DNA of 64,000 nucleotides from a bacterium (GTDB lineage Bacteria; Margulisbacteria; Marinamargulisbacteria; UBA817; JABISL01): NCBI GenBank assembly GCA_018700055.1, contig JABISL010000050.1, positions 7,619 to 71,618 of the forward strand, read 5' to 3'. Shown piece by piece: positions 56,458 to 64,000 of this stretch (position 1 is its first letter; each line of letters starts with the position of its first letter). The notes under the pieces were generated by a model. It saw only the letters and a program-made list of their open reading frames with translations, ran no database searches and was not told where the DNA came from. The position numbers and the translations under genes were made by a program.

Positions 56458-57660
56458 TTACGCTAAGATTTTCGTTACGACACCCGCACCAACTGTGCGT
56501 CCGCCTTCACGAATCGCAAAACGCAATCCTTCTTCACAAGCAACAGGTATAATCAGCTCAACATTCATTTTAATGTTGTCGCCAGGCATTACCATCTCAA
56601 CGCCAGCAGGCAATTCAATAGATCCTGTTACATCTGTAGTTCTAATATAAAACTGAGGTCTATACCCTTTAAAGAAAGGCGTGTGCCGTCCACCCTCTTC
56701 TTTTTTCAATACATAAACTTCAGCCTCAAACTTAGTGTGCGGCTTAATGCTTCCGGGCTTAGCCAGTACTTGACCACGCTGAAGATCTTCTTTTTCAACC
56801 CCTCTTAATAAGGCGCCAATGTTATCACCTGCCTGACCTTGATCAAGAAGCTTTCTAAACATTTCCACTCCAGTAATTGTAGTCGTACGCGTTTCTTCAG
56901 CCATTCCCACAATCTCAATTTCTTCACCAACGTTGATTTCTCCACGCTCAATACGCCCAGTTCCAACCGTTCCTCGTCCAGTGATACTGAAAACATCTTC
57001 AATTGGCATCAAGAAAGGCTTATCAACTTCACGTGTTGGATTAGGAATAAAGCTATCAACCGCATCCATAAGTTCCCATATCGCTTTTGAATCCTCATTT
57101 TCACGAGAACTATCAGAAGACTCCAACGCCTTCAATGCAGACCCTTTAATAAAGGGAATATCGTCACCAGGAAAATCATATTTACTTAGAAGCTCACGCA
57201 ATTCCATCTCAACCAACTCAAGTAGCTCTGGATCATCTACTTGATCTGTTTTATTCAAGAAAACAACCAATGAAGGTACGTTTACCTGACGCGCTAGCAA
57301 GATATGCTCTCTTGTTTGAGGCATAGGTCCGTCAGCTGCACTTACAACCAAAATACCACCGTCCATTTGAGCCGCACCAGTAATCATATTTTTGATATAA
57401 TCTGCGTGACCAGGACAATCTACGTGTGCATAATGTCTTTTTTCCGTTTCATACTCAACGTGAGCAGTAGCAATAGTGATTCCACGTGCTTTTTCTTCAG
57501 GAGCCGCATCAATTTGGTCGTACGCCTTAAAGTCAGCCCACCCTTTAGAAGCTAGCGTTTTAGTTATCGCCGCTGTTAATGTAGTTTTCCCGTGATCAAC
57601 GTGACCGATCGTTCCTATATTAACATGTGGTTTATTACGTTCGAATTTTTCCTTAGCCAT
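56458..57660 (-). CDS. tuf: elongation factor Tu
   Basis: 400 aa. [18 protein letters not shown] and NKTD G-motifs; full-length conservation. Confidence 0.97.
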   Translation of the reverse strand: MAKEKFERNKPHVNIGTIGHVDHGKTTLTAAITKTLASKGWADFKAYDQIDAAPEEKARGITIATAHVEYETEKRHYAHVDCPGHADYIKNMITGAAQMDGGILVVSAADGPMPQTREHILLARQVNVPSLVVFLNKTDQVDDPELLELVEMELRELLSKYDFPGDDIPFIKGSALKALESSDSSRENEDSKAIWELMDAVDSFIPNPTREVDKPFLMPIEDVFSITGRGTVGTGRIERGEINVGEEIEIVGMAEETRTTTITGVEMFRKLLDQGQAGDNIGALLRGVEKEDLQRGQVLAKPGSIKPHTKFEAEVYVLKKEEGGRHTPFFKGYRPQFYIRTTDVTGSIELPAGVEMVMPGDNIKMNVELIIPVACEEGLRFAIREGGRTVGAGVVTKILA

Positions 57661-57699
57661 GGTTGTGACTCTCCTTCATATTTTTAGTTTTATAATAAA

Positions 57700-59796
57700 T
57701 TAAGATTCTGATTTTGATCGATTTGCGATAATTTCATCGTAAATCAGTTTCGGCACATCACTATACCCAAAAAATTGCATAGTGTAAACACCTCGTCCCT
57801 GTGTAAATGAGCGTAACGTTGTGGAATAACCAAACATATCTGCAAGAGGAACCTTCGCCTTCACTTGACGCATATTATTACCTGCTTGTTCCATTTTTTC
57901 GATTTTTCCCTTACGGCTACTTAGATCACCAATTACATCACCCATATAGGTCTCAGGAATCTCTACCTCTACCGCCATAATCGGCTCAAGGATCGTAGGG
58001 CCTGCTTGCTTAAAGGCTTCTTTAATTGCGTATGCACCAGCTACCTGGAAAGCAACATCAGAAGAATCAACAGGATGAAAAGATCCATCTAGAACCGTTA
58101 CTTTAATATCAACTACAGGATAGCCAGCTAGAATTCCTGTAGAGAATAGTTCTTTAATACCTTTTTCAATTGAAGGAATATACTCTCTTGGAATACGCCC
58201 TCCCACAACTTTGCTTTCAAATACAAACCCTAATCCAGATTCTATTGGCTCAATCTCAAGGATCACGTGACCATATTGTCCACGTCCACCCGTTTGCTTA
58301 ACGAATTTACCTTCGCCTTTCGCCTTTTTCTTGATTGATTCTTTATAAGCCACTTGAGGCTGCCCAATATTTGCTTCAACATTAAACTCACGCTTAAGTC
58401 TATCCACAATAATCTCCAGGTGAAGCTCCCCCATACCTGAGATAATCGTCTGATTAGTTTCTGGATCCGTTCTATACATGAAAGTAGGATCTTCCTCTCC
58501 AAGCTTTTCAAGACCAACAGACAACTTTTCTTGATCCGTTTTTGTTTTAGGCTCAATTGCTACGAAAATTACCGGCTCAGGAAAATCAATGTTTTCTAAT
58601 ACAATCGGCTTATCTTCTGCACAAAGCGTATCACCTGTTTTAGTATCCTTAAGTCCAATCAAAGCAATAATATCGCCAGCGCTAGCTTCTTTAAGCTCAC
58701 TTCTAGTATTGGCATGCATTTGTATGATTCGACCAACACGTTCTCTCTTGTTCTTTCCACCATTTAAAACATATGATCCAGCCGTCAGTTTTCCAGAGTA
58801 AATTCGTGCGTAAGTCAATTTACCTACAAACGGATCCGTCATAATTTTGAATGCCAGCGCAGAGAATGGCTCTTCAAGGCTTGGCTTACGAACGGCTTCT
58901 TCTCCATCTAACGTTTCACAAGAAATATCACCAACATCAATTGGCGATGGAAGATAATCCACTACAGCATCCAAGAGAGGCTGAACCCCTTTATTCTTAA
59001 ATGCAGTTCCACAGAAACAAGGAATGATCTCTCCATCAATTGTTCGTTTACGAATCCCTTCACGTATCTGGTCCTCTGAAAGGGTACCTGTCTCTAAAAA
59101 TACATTTAACAATTCTTCACTTGCTTCTGCAGCCACCTCTAATAAGATCGCTCTTAACTCATCCACCTTCTCTTTGTTTTCCGGCGCAATATCACGCGTC
59201 TCAAACTCAATCCCTTTTTCCTGATCATAGTGATACTCTTTTAGCTTAACAAGATCAATAACACCCTTAAACTGATCCTCAGCACCAATAGGGAAATTCA
59301 AAATAACCGGGTTTGCACCCAACATATCTTTCATCATCTCTAAAACATTTTCAAAGTTGGCCCCAATACGATCCATTTTATTGATAAATGCCATGCGAGG
59401 CACTTTATACTTAACAGCTTGTCGCCATACCGTTTCACTTTGAGGCTGAACACCTGCAACTGCGCAAAACACAGCAACCATGCCATCAAGAACACGCAAA
59501 GATCGCTCTACCTCTACAGTAAAGTCAACGTGACCAGGTGTATCAATAATATTAATATTATGATCTTTCCAGAAACACGTCGTCGCAGCAGAAGTAATTG
59601 TAATTCCACGCTCTTGCTCTTGCTCCATCCAATCCATAGTGGCGTTTCCATCATGAACCTCACCAATCTTATGTGACTTACCAGTATAAAATAATACACG
59701 CTCAGTAAGCGTCGTCTTACCGGCATCGATATGGGCAGCGATTCCAATATTACGTACAGATTCTAATGATCCTTTTTGATTTGTATCTTCAGACAT
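57700..59796 (-). CDS. fusA: elongation factor G
   Basis: 698 aa. [17 protein letters not shown] and NKMDR motifs. Confidence 0.97.
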   Translation of the reverse strand: MSEDTNQKGSLESVRNIGIAAHIDAGKTTLTERVLFYTGKSHKIGEVHDGNATMDWMEQEQERGITITSAATTCFWKDHNINIIDTPGHVDFTVEVERSLRVLDGMVAVFCAVAGVQPQSETVWRQAVKYKVPRMAFINKMDRIGANFENVLEMMKDMLGANPVILNFPIGAEDQFKGVIDLVKLKEYHYDQEKGIEFETRDIAPENKEKVDELRAILLEVAAEASEELLNVFLETGTLSEDQIREGIRKRTIDGEIIPCFCGTAFKNKGVQPLLDAVVDYLPSPIDVGDISCETLDGEEAVRKPSLEEPFSALAFKIMTDPFVGKLTYARIYSGKLTAGSYVLNGGKNKRERVGRIIQMHANTRSELKEASAGDIIALIGLKDTKTGDTLCAEDKPIVLENIDFPEPVIFVAIEPKTKTDQEKLSVGLEKLGEEDPTFMYRTDPETNQTIISGMGELHLEIIVDRLKREFNVEANIGQPQVAYKESIKKKAKGEGKFVKQTGGRGQYGHVILEIEPIESGLGFVFESKVVGGRIPREYIPSIEKGIKELFSTGILAGYPVVDIKVTVLDGSFHPVDSSDVAFQVAGAYAIKEAFKQAGPTILEPIMAVEVEIPETYMGDVIGDLSSRKGKIEKMEQAGNNMRQVKAKVPLADMFGYSTTLRSFTQGRGVYTMQFFGYSDVPKLIYDEIIANRSKSES

Positions 59797-59802
59797 AATT
59801 AA

Positions 59803-60273
59803 TTACCACCTAAAATGAGCAAATGCTTTATTTGACTCAGCCATTTTATGTGTATCTTCTCTTTTCTTAATCGTTGTTCCTGATTTGTTATATGCATCTT
59901 CAAGCTCAGAAGCCAACTTACTTTCCATTGACTTTCCATTACGTTTTCGCGCATTAGCAATTAACCACTTCATAGCCAATGCCATTCCACGTCCAGATGG
60001 AACTTCAATAGGAACCTGATAAGTAGATCCACCTACACGTCGCGACTTAACTTCCATTTGAGGAGTTGCGTTTTGCACAGCCTGACTGAAAGCCTCAATA
60101 GGCGCTACAGACACTGCCTTTGCCAACTTCTCCAAAGCCCCATAAGTGACTCTCTCAGCTATGCTTTTTTTTCCATCAACCATTAACTTGGTGATAAACC
60201 GAGTTAGGTTAATACTATTGTATATAGAGTCAGGCTCATATATTCGTTTATAATCTTTATTTTTTCGACTCAT
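59803..60273 (-). CDS. rpsG: 30S ribosomal protein S7
   Basis: 156 aa: ...VKSRRVGGSTYQVPIEV...AFAHFRW. Confidence 0.95.
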   Translation of the reverse strand: MSRKNKDYKRIYEPDSIYNSINLTRFITKLMVDGKKSIAERVTYGALEKLAKAVSVAPIEAFSQAVQNATPQMEVKSRRVGGSTYQVPIEVPSGRGMALAMKWLIANARKRNGKSMESKLASELEDAYNKSGTTIKKREDTHKMAESNKAFAHFRW

Positions 60274-60291
60274 GCGCTACTTCCTTTATAT

Positions 60292-60675
60292 CTATTTTTT
60301 AGATTTTTTAGCTCTTTTTGCACCGTACTTGGAGCGGCGCTGTTTACGATCATTTACCCCTTCTGTATCCAATACTCCACGAACAGTGTGATATCGAACT
60401 CCTGGCAAGTCTTTTACACGACCACCACGAATTAAGATAACAGAGTGCTCTTGAAGATTATGTCCCTCTCCAGGAATATAACTTGCAACTTCAAACCCAC
60501 TAGTCAAACGAACACGAGCTACTTTTCTAAGAGCCGAGTTTGGTTTTTTAGGAGTTGTTGTATAAACACGAGTACAAACACCACGTCGTTGTGGGCATCC
60601 TGCAAGTGCTGGAGAACTCCCTTTTTTGAGTTTTCTTTTACGTTTATTCTTTATAAGTTGGTTAGTTGTTGGCAT
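60292..60675 (-). CDS. rpsL: 30S ribosomal protein S12
   Basis: MPTTNQLIK...[17 protein letters not shown]...[25 protein letters not shown]. Start moved to ATG 60675 (SD AAAGGAGA). Confidence 0.95.
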   Translation of the reverse strand: MPTTNQLIKNKRKRKLKKGSSPALAGCPQRRGVCTRVYTTTPKKPNSALRKVARVRLTSGFEVASYIPGEGHNLQEHSVILIRGGRVKDLPGVRYHTVRGVLDTEGVNDRKQRRSKYGAKRAKKSKK

Positions 60676-60732
60676 TCTTTCTAATCTCCTTTTGGATATT
60701 GTCTCCAAATTGATGGCCGTTGGGAATGGTGA

Positions 60733-60761
60733 ATTCTAACCCAAGGCCAGTTCTAAGTCAA
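60733..60761 (-). promoter_or_regulatory. candidate sigma70-type promoter for the rpsL (str) operon
   Basis: On the minus strand: TTGACT (60761-60756), exactly 17 nt, then TAGAAT (60738-60733). It starts 5 nt after the rpoC stop and lies ~58 nt upstream of the rpsL ATG. Confidence 0.45.
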
Positions 60762-60765
60762 TGGG

Positions 60766-63700
60766 TTACGAGGTCACAACGGCCTCAGCCATTTCTTTTT
60801 GTTTAAATAGTCTATCTTCTTCCGTTACCTTCACTTCTTCACCTGTTTCCTGGGATTTAATGATAATCGAACGATTATCTTTCCAACCTGTTCCAGCAGG
60901 GATAAGTTTTCCGATAATTACATTTTCTTTCAATCCGTACATGTCATCCTTTTTACCACGAATTGCAGCATCAGAAAGAACACGAGCCGTTTCTTGGAAA
61001 GACGAAGCAGATATGAAACTTTCTGTATTCAACGCTGCACGTGTAATTCCAAGTAAGACTGATTCCCCAGTAGCGAGTTCTTTATTTTCACTTTCAGCCG
61101 CTTTATTCGATTTATTAAACCTTCGAACATCAACTAGCTCATTAGGAAGTAACTCAGTTTCTCCCATTGTAAGCACGTTAATCTTTCTGGTCATTTGACG
61201 AACAATAACCTCAATATGCTTAGCGTTAATTGCTACACCTTGAGATTTGTAAACACGCTGAACTTCTTCACCAAGATACTGTTGTGTTGCAATAACGCCA
61301 CGTGTTCCCATCAAGTCATGAGGACTAATGACACCCTCTGTTAACTGCTCACCTTTAGACACTTGTTGTCCAGAGAATACTAACAGCCGGACACCACTAG
61401 TAAGCTTATATTCTTTCTTGGCACCATCGTCGCCAATAATATAAACACTTCGTGCTGTAGATGTTCCAGCAACCTCAACTGTTCCATCAAGCTCGCAAAT
61501 AACTGCAGATTCTTTAGGTTTACGGGCTTCAAATAATTCTTCAACACGCGGAAGTCCCTGAACTATATCTTTTGTCATAGAAGCTGCACCAGACACACGT
61601 TCTTGAGCAACAATATCGCCTTTATTTACTTTGTCGCCATCTTTTACAAACAAATATGCACCCTGAGACACTGGATACGATTCTCCAGGAGACGTCTCAA
61701 TGATGTACTCCGTTTTCTTTGCTGTTGAGTCAGGATTTTTTCTAATATCTGCAATGATTGCACTTTTCTCAACGATTGTTTTTGTACTAAGCTCTGTACC
61801 ATAAGCAATTCGCTCTCCTGATTTGAATTTTTCTGAAGTATCTTTAGTTACTTCATACATAATTTTTTCAGTTAGATTGTAAACAAACAATTCACCAGGT
61901 TTATCAGCCACAGAAATTGTTTGAGACTTGGAACTTCCTTCTACCTTTTTAGTAGTGAGGCCAATAAACTGAACCTTCCCATCTCTATTAGAAGATAAGT
62001 ATCGGATCTGAGGATTATGCTCAGCCACTTCTTCGCCTGCTTTTATTTTTTGTCCAGGTTTGACATGTAGTAGCGCGCCTGCAGGAAGATCAATAATTTG
62101 CTGACTGTCTTTCGACTCTACTACGATTTGACCTTCATCAGAGCTTACCCAAGCTGGTTTTCCATCAACCATAACTTGGTTAATTACTAGCGCGTCATCA
62201 ATTTTAACTGACCCTGCTTGATCAGAAGAAAAAGTCGTTTTCGCCGCTTTTCGAAGATCCACTCCACCCGTGTGGAAGGTTCTCATTGTCAGCTGTGTTC
62301 CAGGCTCTCCAATAGATTGCGCTGCAATAATACCAACTGCAGACCCCATATTTACGGCCCCGCCTGTAGATAGATCCATTCCATAACATTTCTGACAGAT
62401 CCCTCTATCAGCCTCACATGAATATGAGCTTCTAACATGTCCATTCTCAACACCAGTTTTTTGGATTTCATCTGCAATAGCACGAGTAATGAGTGTCCCT
62501 GCTTTAGCAATTACTTTGTTAGTAGAAGGGTTCTTAACATCTTTAAGAATAATTCGTCCTTCAAGCAAAGCGCCAATAGAGACTATTGTTTCAATTCCTT
62601 CTTTGAAGGCCGTTAATTCAATACCTTTTGAAGTTCCACAATCAAGCTCAGTGATCATAACATCCTGTGCTACATCAACTAAACGACGCGTTAAGTACCC
62701 AGAGTCAGCTGTTCTAAGGGCCGTATCAACCAACCCTTTTCTCGCTCCATAACAAGAGATGAAATACTCAGCTAATGACAATCCTTCTTTAAAGTTTGAT
62801 TTAATTGGAACTTCAACCGTTCGACCTTGTGCATCAGACATCAATCCACGCATGCCGGCAAGCTGTCGTACCTGGTCAATATTACCCCGAGCTCCAGAAT
62901 TTGCCATAATAAATACATTATTCAATTTACCAAATTCATCTTCCATTAAGTCAGAAATCTTGCCAGTAGCACCACGCCATACTTCATTACTCATCAAAAT
63001 ACGGTCTGCTTTATCAAGCTTTCCTTGGCTTTCTTGTTTTTCCAATTCAGCTACTTCTTTATCTGCATCCGCTAGAATGTCAGTTTTTGCTTTAGGAATA
63101 CGCATGTCATCAATGGATATTGAAATTCCAGACAATGTTGCATATTTGAATCCAAGACTTTTCAATTTGTCGGCGATTTGCCCTACTAAATCGGATCCAT
63201 ACTCTGTATACCACCCTTCAAGCAAGCGGCTTAACTCTTTCTTACCTACAATTTCGTTGATAAAAGGAGTGTTTTTAATATCATTAGCTTCGAAAATTTC
63301 TTTTATAGTGCGATTGAAAATAACACGCCCCATTGTTGTCTCAACGCGCTCACCGTTCCATCTAATTCGAATTGAACTGTGAGTCTTAATTGCGCCACTG
63401 TCCCAGGCTCTTCTCGCTTCATCCATAGTTGCGAAACCTTTTCCTTTTCCAGTCAATTCATTCGGATCTTCAACTGTTAAGAAATAAATTCCCAAAACCA
63501 TATCTTGGGTAGGCGTAATAATAGACCGTCCATTAGCAGGCGAAAGCACATTATTGGTAGACATTATTAAAAGACGACATTCTGACTGCGCTTCTAACGA
63601 AAGAGGCACATGAACAGCCATTTGGTCACCATCAAAATCGGCGTTGAATGCTGTACAAACTAAAGGGTGTACTTGAATAGCAGACCCTTCAACTAAAACA

Positions 63701-64000
63701 GGCTCGAATGCTTGGATCCCTAACCTATGTAGAGTAGGCGCACGATTAAGTAGTACCGGTTGTCCCTGAATAATTTTTTCTAGGACATCCCAGACGTACA
63801 CATCTCTTTTTTCAATTTTACGCTTTGCACTTTTCACATTTGTTACGTAACCTTTTTCAACTAATTTACGGATAACAAATGGCTTAAATAGCTCAAGAGC
63901 CATTTCCTTAGGAAGCCCACATTGATTAAATTTCAAATGCGGTCCTACAACAATCACTGAACGCCCTGAATAATCCACACGTTTACCAAGTAGATTCTGA
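60766..64000 (-). CDS. rpoC: DNA-directed RNA polymerase subunit beta', C-terminal ~1,075 aa (5' end outside the window)
   Basis: The frame is open to nt 64000. [29 protein letters not shown] and [12 protein letters not shown] (catalytic Asp triad). The Met at 63978 is internal. Confidence 0.97.
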   Translation of the reverse strand, partial: QNLLGKRVDYSGRSVIVVGPHLKFNQCGLPKEMALELFKPFVIRKLVEKGYVTNVKSAKRKIEKRDVYVWDVLEKIIQGQPVLLNRAPTLHRLGIQAFEPVLVEGSAIQVHPLVCTAFNADFDGDQMAVHVPLSLEAQSECRLLIMSTNNVLSPANGRSIITPTQDMVLGIYFLTVEDPNELTGKGKGFATMDEARRAWDSGAIKTHSSIRIRWNGERVETTMGRVIFNRTIKEIFEANDIKNTPFINEIVGKKELSRLLEGWYTEYGSDLVGQIADKLKSLGFKYATLSGISISIDDMRIPKAKTDILADADKEVAELEKQESQGKLDKADRILMSNEVWRGATGKISDLMEDEFGKLNNVFIMANSGARGNIDQVRQLAGMRGLMSDAQGRTVEVPIKSNFKEGLSLAEYFISCYGARKGLVDTALRTADSGYLTRRLVDVAQDVMITELDCGTSKGIELTAFKEGIETIVSIGALLEGRIILKDVKNPSTNKVIAKAGTLITRAIADEIQKTGVENGHVRSSYSCEADRGICQKCYGMDLSTGGAVNMGSAVGIIAAQSIGEPGTQLTMRTFHTGGVDLRKAAKTTFSSDQAGSVKIDDALVINQVMVDGKPAWVSSDEGQIVVESKDSQQIIDLPAGALLHVKPGQKIKAGEEVAEHNPQIRYLSSNRDGKVQFIGLTTKKVEGSSKSQTISVADKPGELFVYNLTEKIMYEVTKDTSEKFKSGERIAYGTELSTKTIVEKSAIIADIRKNPDSTAKKTEYIIETSPGESYPVSQGAYLFVKDGDKVNKGDIVAQERVSGAASMTKDIVQGLPRVEELFEARKPKESAVICELDGTVEVAGTSTARSVYIIGDDGAKKEYKLTSGVRLLVFSGQQVSKGEQLTEGVISPHDLMGTRGVIATQQYLGEEVQRVYKSQGVAINAKHIEVIVRQMTRKINVLTMGETELLPNELVDVRRFNKSNKAAESENKELATGESVLLGITRAALNTESFISASSFQETARVLSDAAIRGKKDDMYGLKENVIIGKLIPAGTGWKDNRSIIIKSQETGEEVKVTEEDRLFKQKEMAEAVVTS

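Noticed and set aside
40719-60708. N-terminally extended ORF-track starts for rpsL (60708), rplB (54463), rplF (49459), rpoA (42858), rplM (40761) and serA (39775).
   Set aside because: Each extension overlaps the upstream gene and adds non-conserved residues. For rpsL, rplB, rpoA and rplM an internal ATG with an SD reproduces the canonical N terminus. For rplF and serA the internal ATG lies 1 nt after the upstream stop and restores the canonical N terminus, but I saw no clear SD.
39392-63382. Long antisense or out-of-frame ORFs within ribosomal, EF and rpoC genes (for example 47785-48264, 50957-51460, 55498-55947, 60761-61198, 62759-63382).
   Set aside because: They overlap strongly conserved, confidently identified genes on the opposite strand or in another frame, and their translations show no recognisable features.
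63900-64000. A possible rpoC start at Met 63978, or a cyanobacterial-type split rpoC1/rpoC2.
   Set aside because: The frame stays open to the window edge, and the residues at 63978 (..[18 protein letters not shown]..) correspond to an internal beta' region about one quarter of the way in. The gene then runs unbroken through the catalytic NADFDGDQM motif to the C terminus, so no split is seen in this window.
1-64000. A search by eye for CRISPR arrays, transposase or integrase genes, tRNA/rRNA genes and long inverted terminal repeats.
   Set aside because: No spaced direct-repeat arrays, recombinase-like ORFs or cloverleaf-compatible intergenic segments were seen. All intergenic gaps except 428-555, 27161-27473, 32799-33080 and 56008-56098 are too short to hold such features. 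A tRNAscan/Infernal run would be needed to be certain.

Overview
This 64-kb bacterial window has two very different halves; I cannot assign a lineage by eye. (A) 38.5-64 kb, all minus strand: a collinear ribosomal superoperon, rpoC (3' part)-rpsL-rpsG-fusA-tuf-S10 block-spc block-secY-adk-map-infA-rpmJ-rpsM-rpsK-rpsD-rpoA-rplQ-truA-rplM-rpsI, with serA start-coupled to rpsI. Its peculiarities are a short Zn-ribbon S14, no L30 gene, S5 with a ~100-aa acidic/Lys-rich tail, and S9 with a ~55-aa Lys/Ala-rich head. (B) 0-38.5 kb: an accessory region dominated by one 21.9-kb ORF (7,287 aa, 5297..27160, minus). This ORF carries two LapG-like transglutaminase-like cysteine protease (BTLCP) cores, four clusters of hydrophobic helices, Lys-rich and Pro-rich tracts, a 72-bp tandem duplication, and a ~4,400-aa Cys-free polar tail that looks helical by composition. 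Three start/stop-coupled unknown genes follow it. A tightly coupled eight-gene operon (27474..32798) precedes it, and its only recognisable member is a lone flagellar rod/hook-family (FlgE/FlgG-like) protein. The other seven products are small helical-hairpin or long coiled-coil proteins that I cannot place. Next to that operon lie a possible SelO-like kinase-fold protein and a large GT2 glycosyltransferase fusion. No flagellar export, motor, ring or filament gene, T1SS/T3SS component, mobile element, CRISPR array, tRNA or rRNA is visible in the window. The best candidate for an undescribed system is the axial-protein operon plus the giant BTLCP membrane protein and its coupled partners, spanning about 2.2-32.8 kb. 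Housekeeping genes at the left edge are bolA-like, an Sfp-type PPTase and an Asp/Glu racemase. All domain calls rest on motif recognition by reading; no searches were run.
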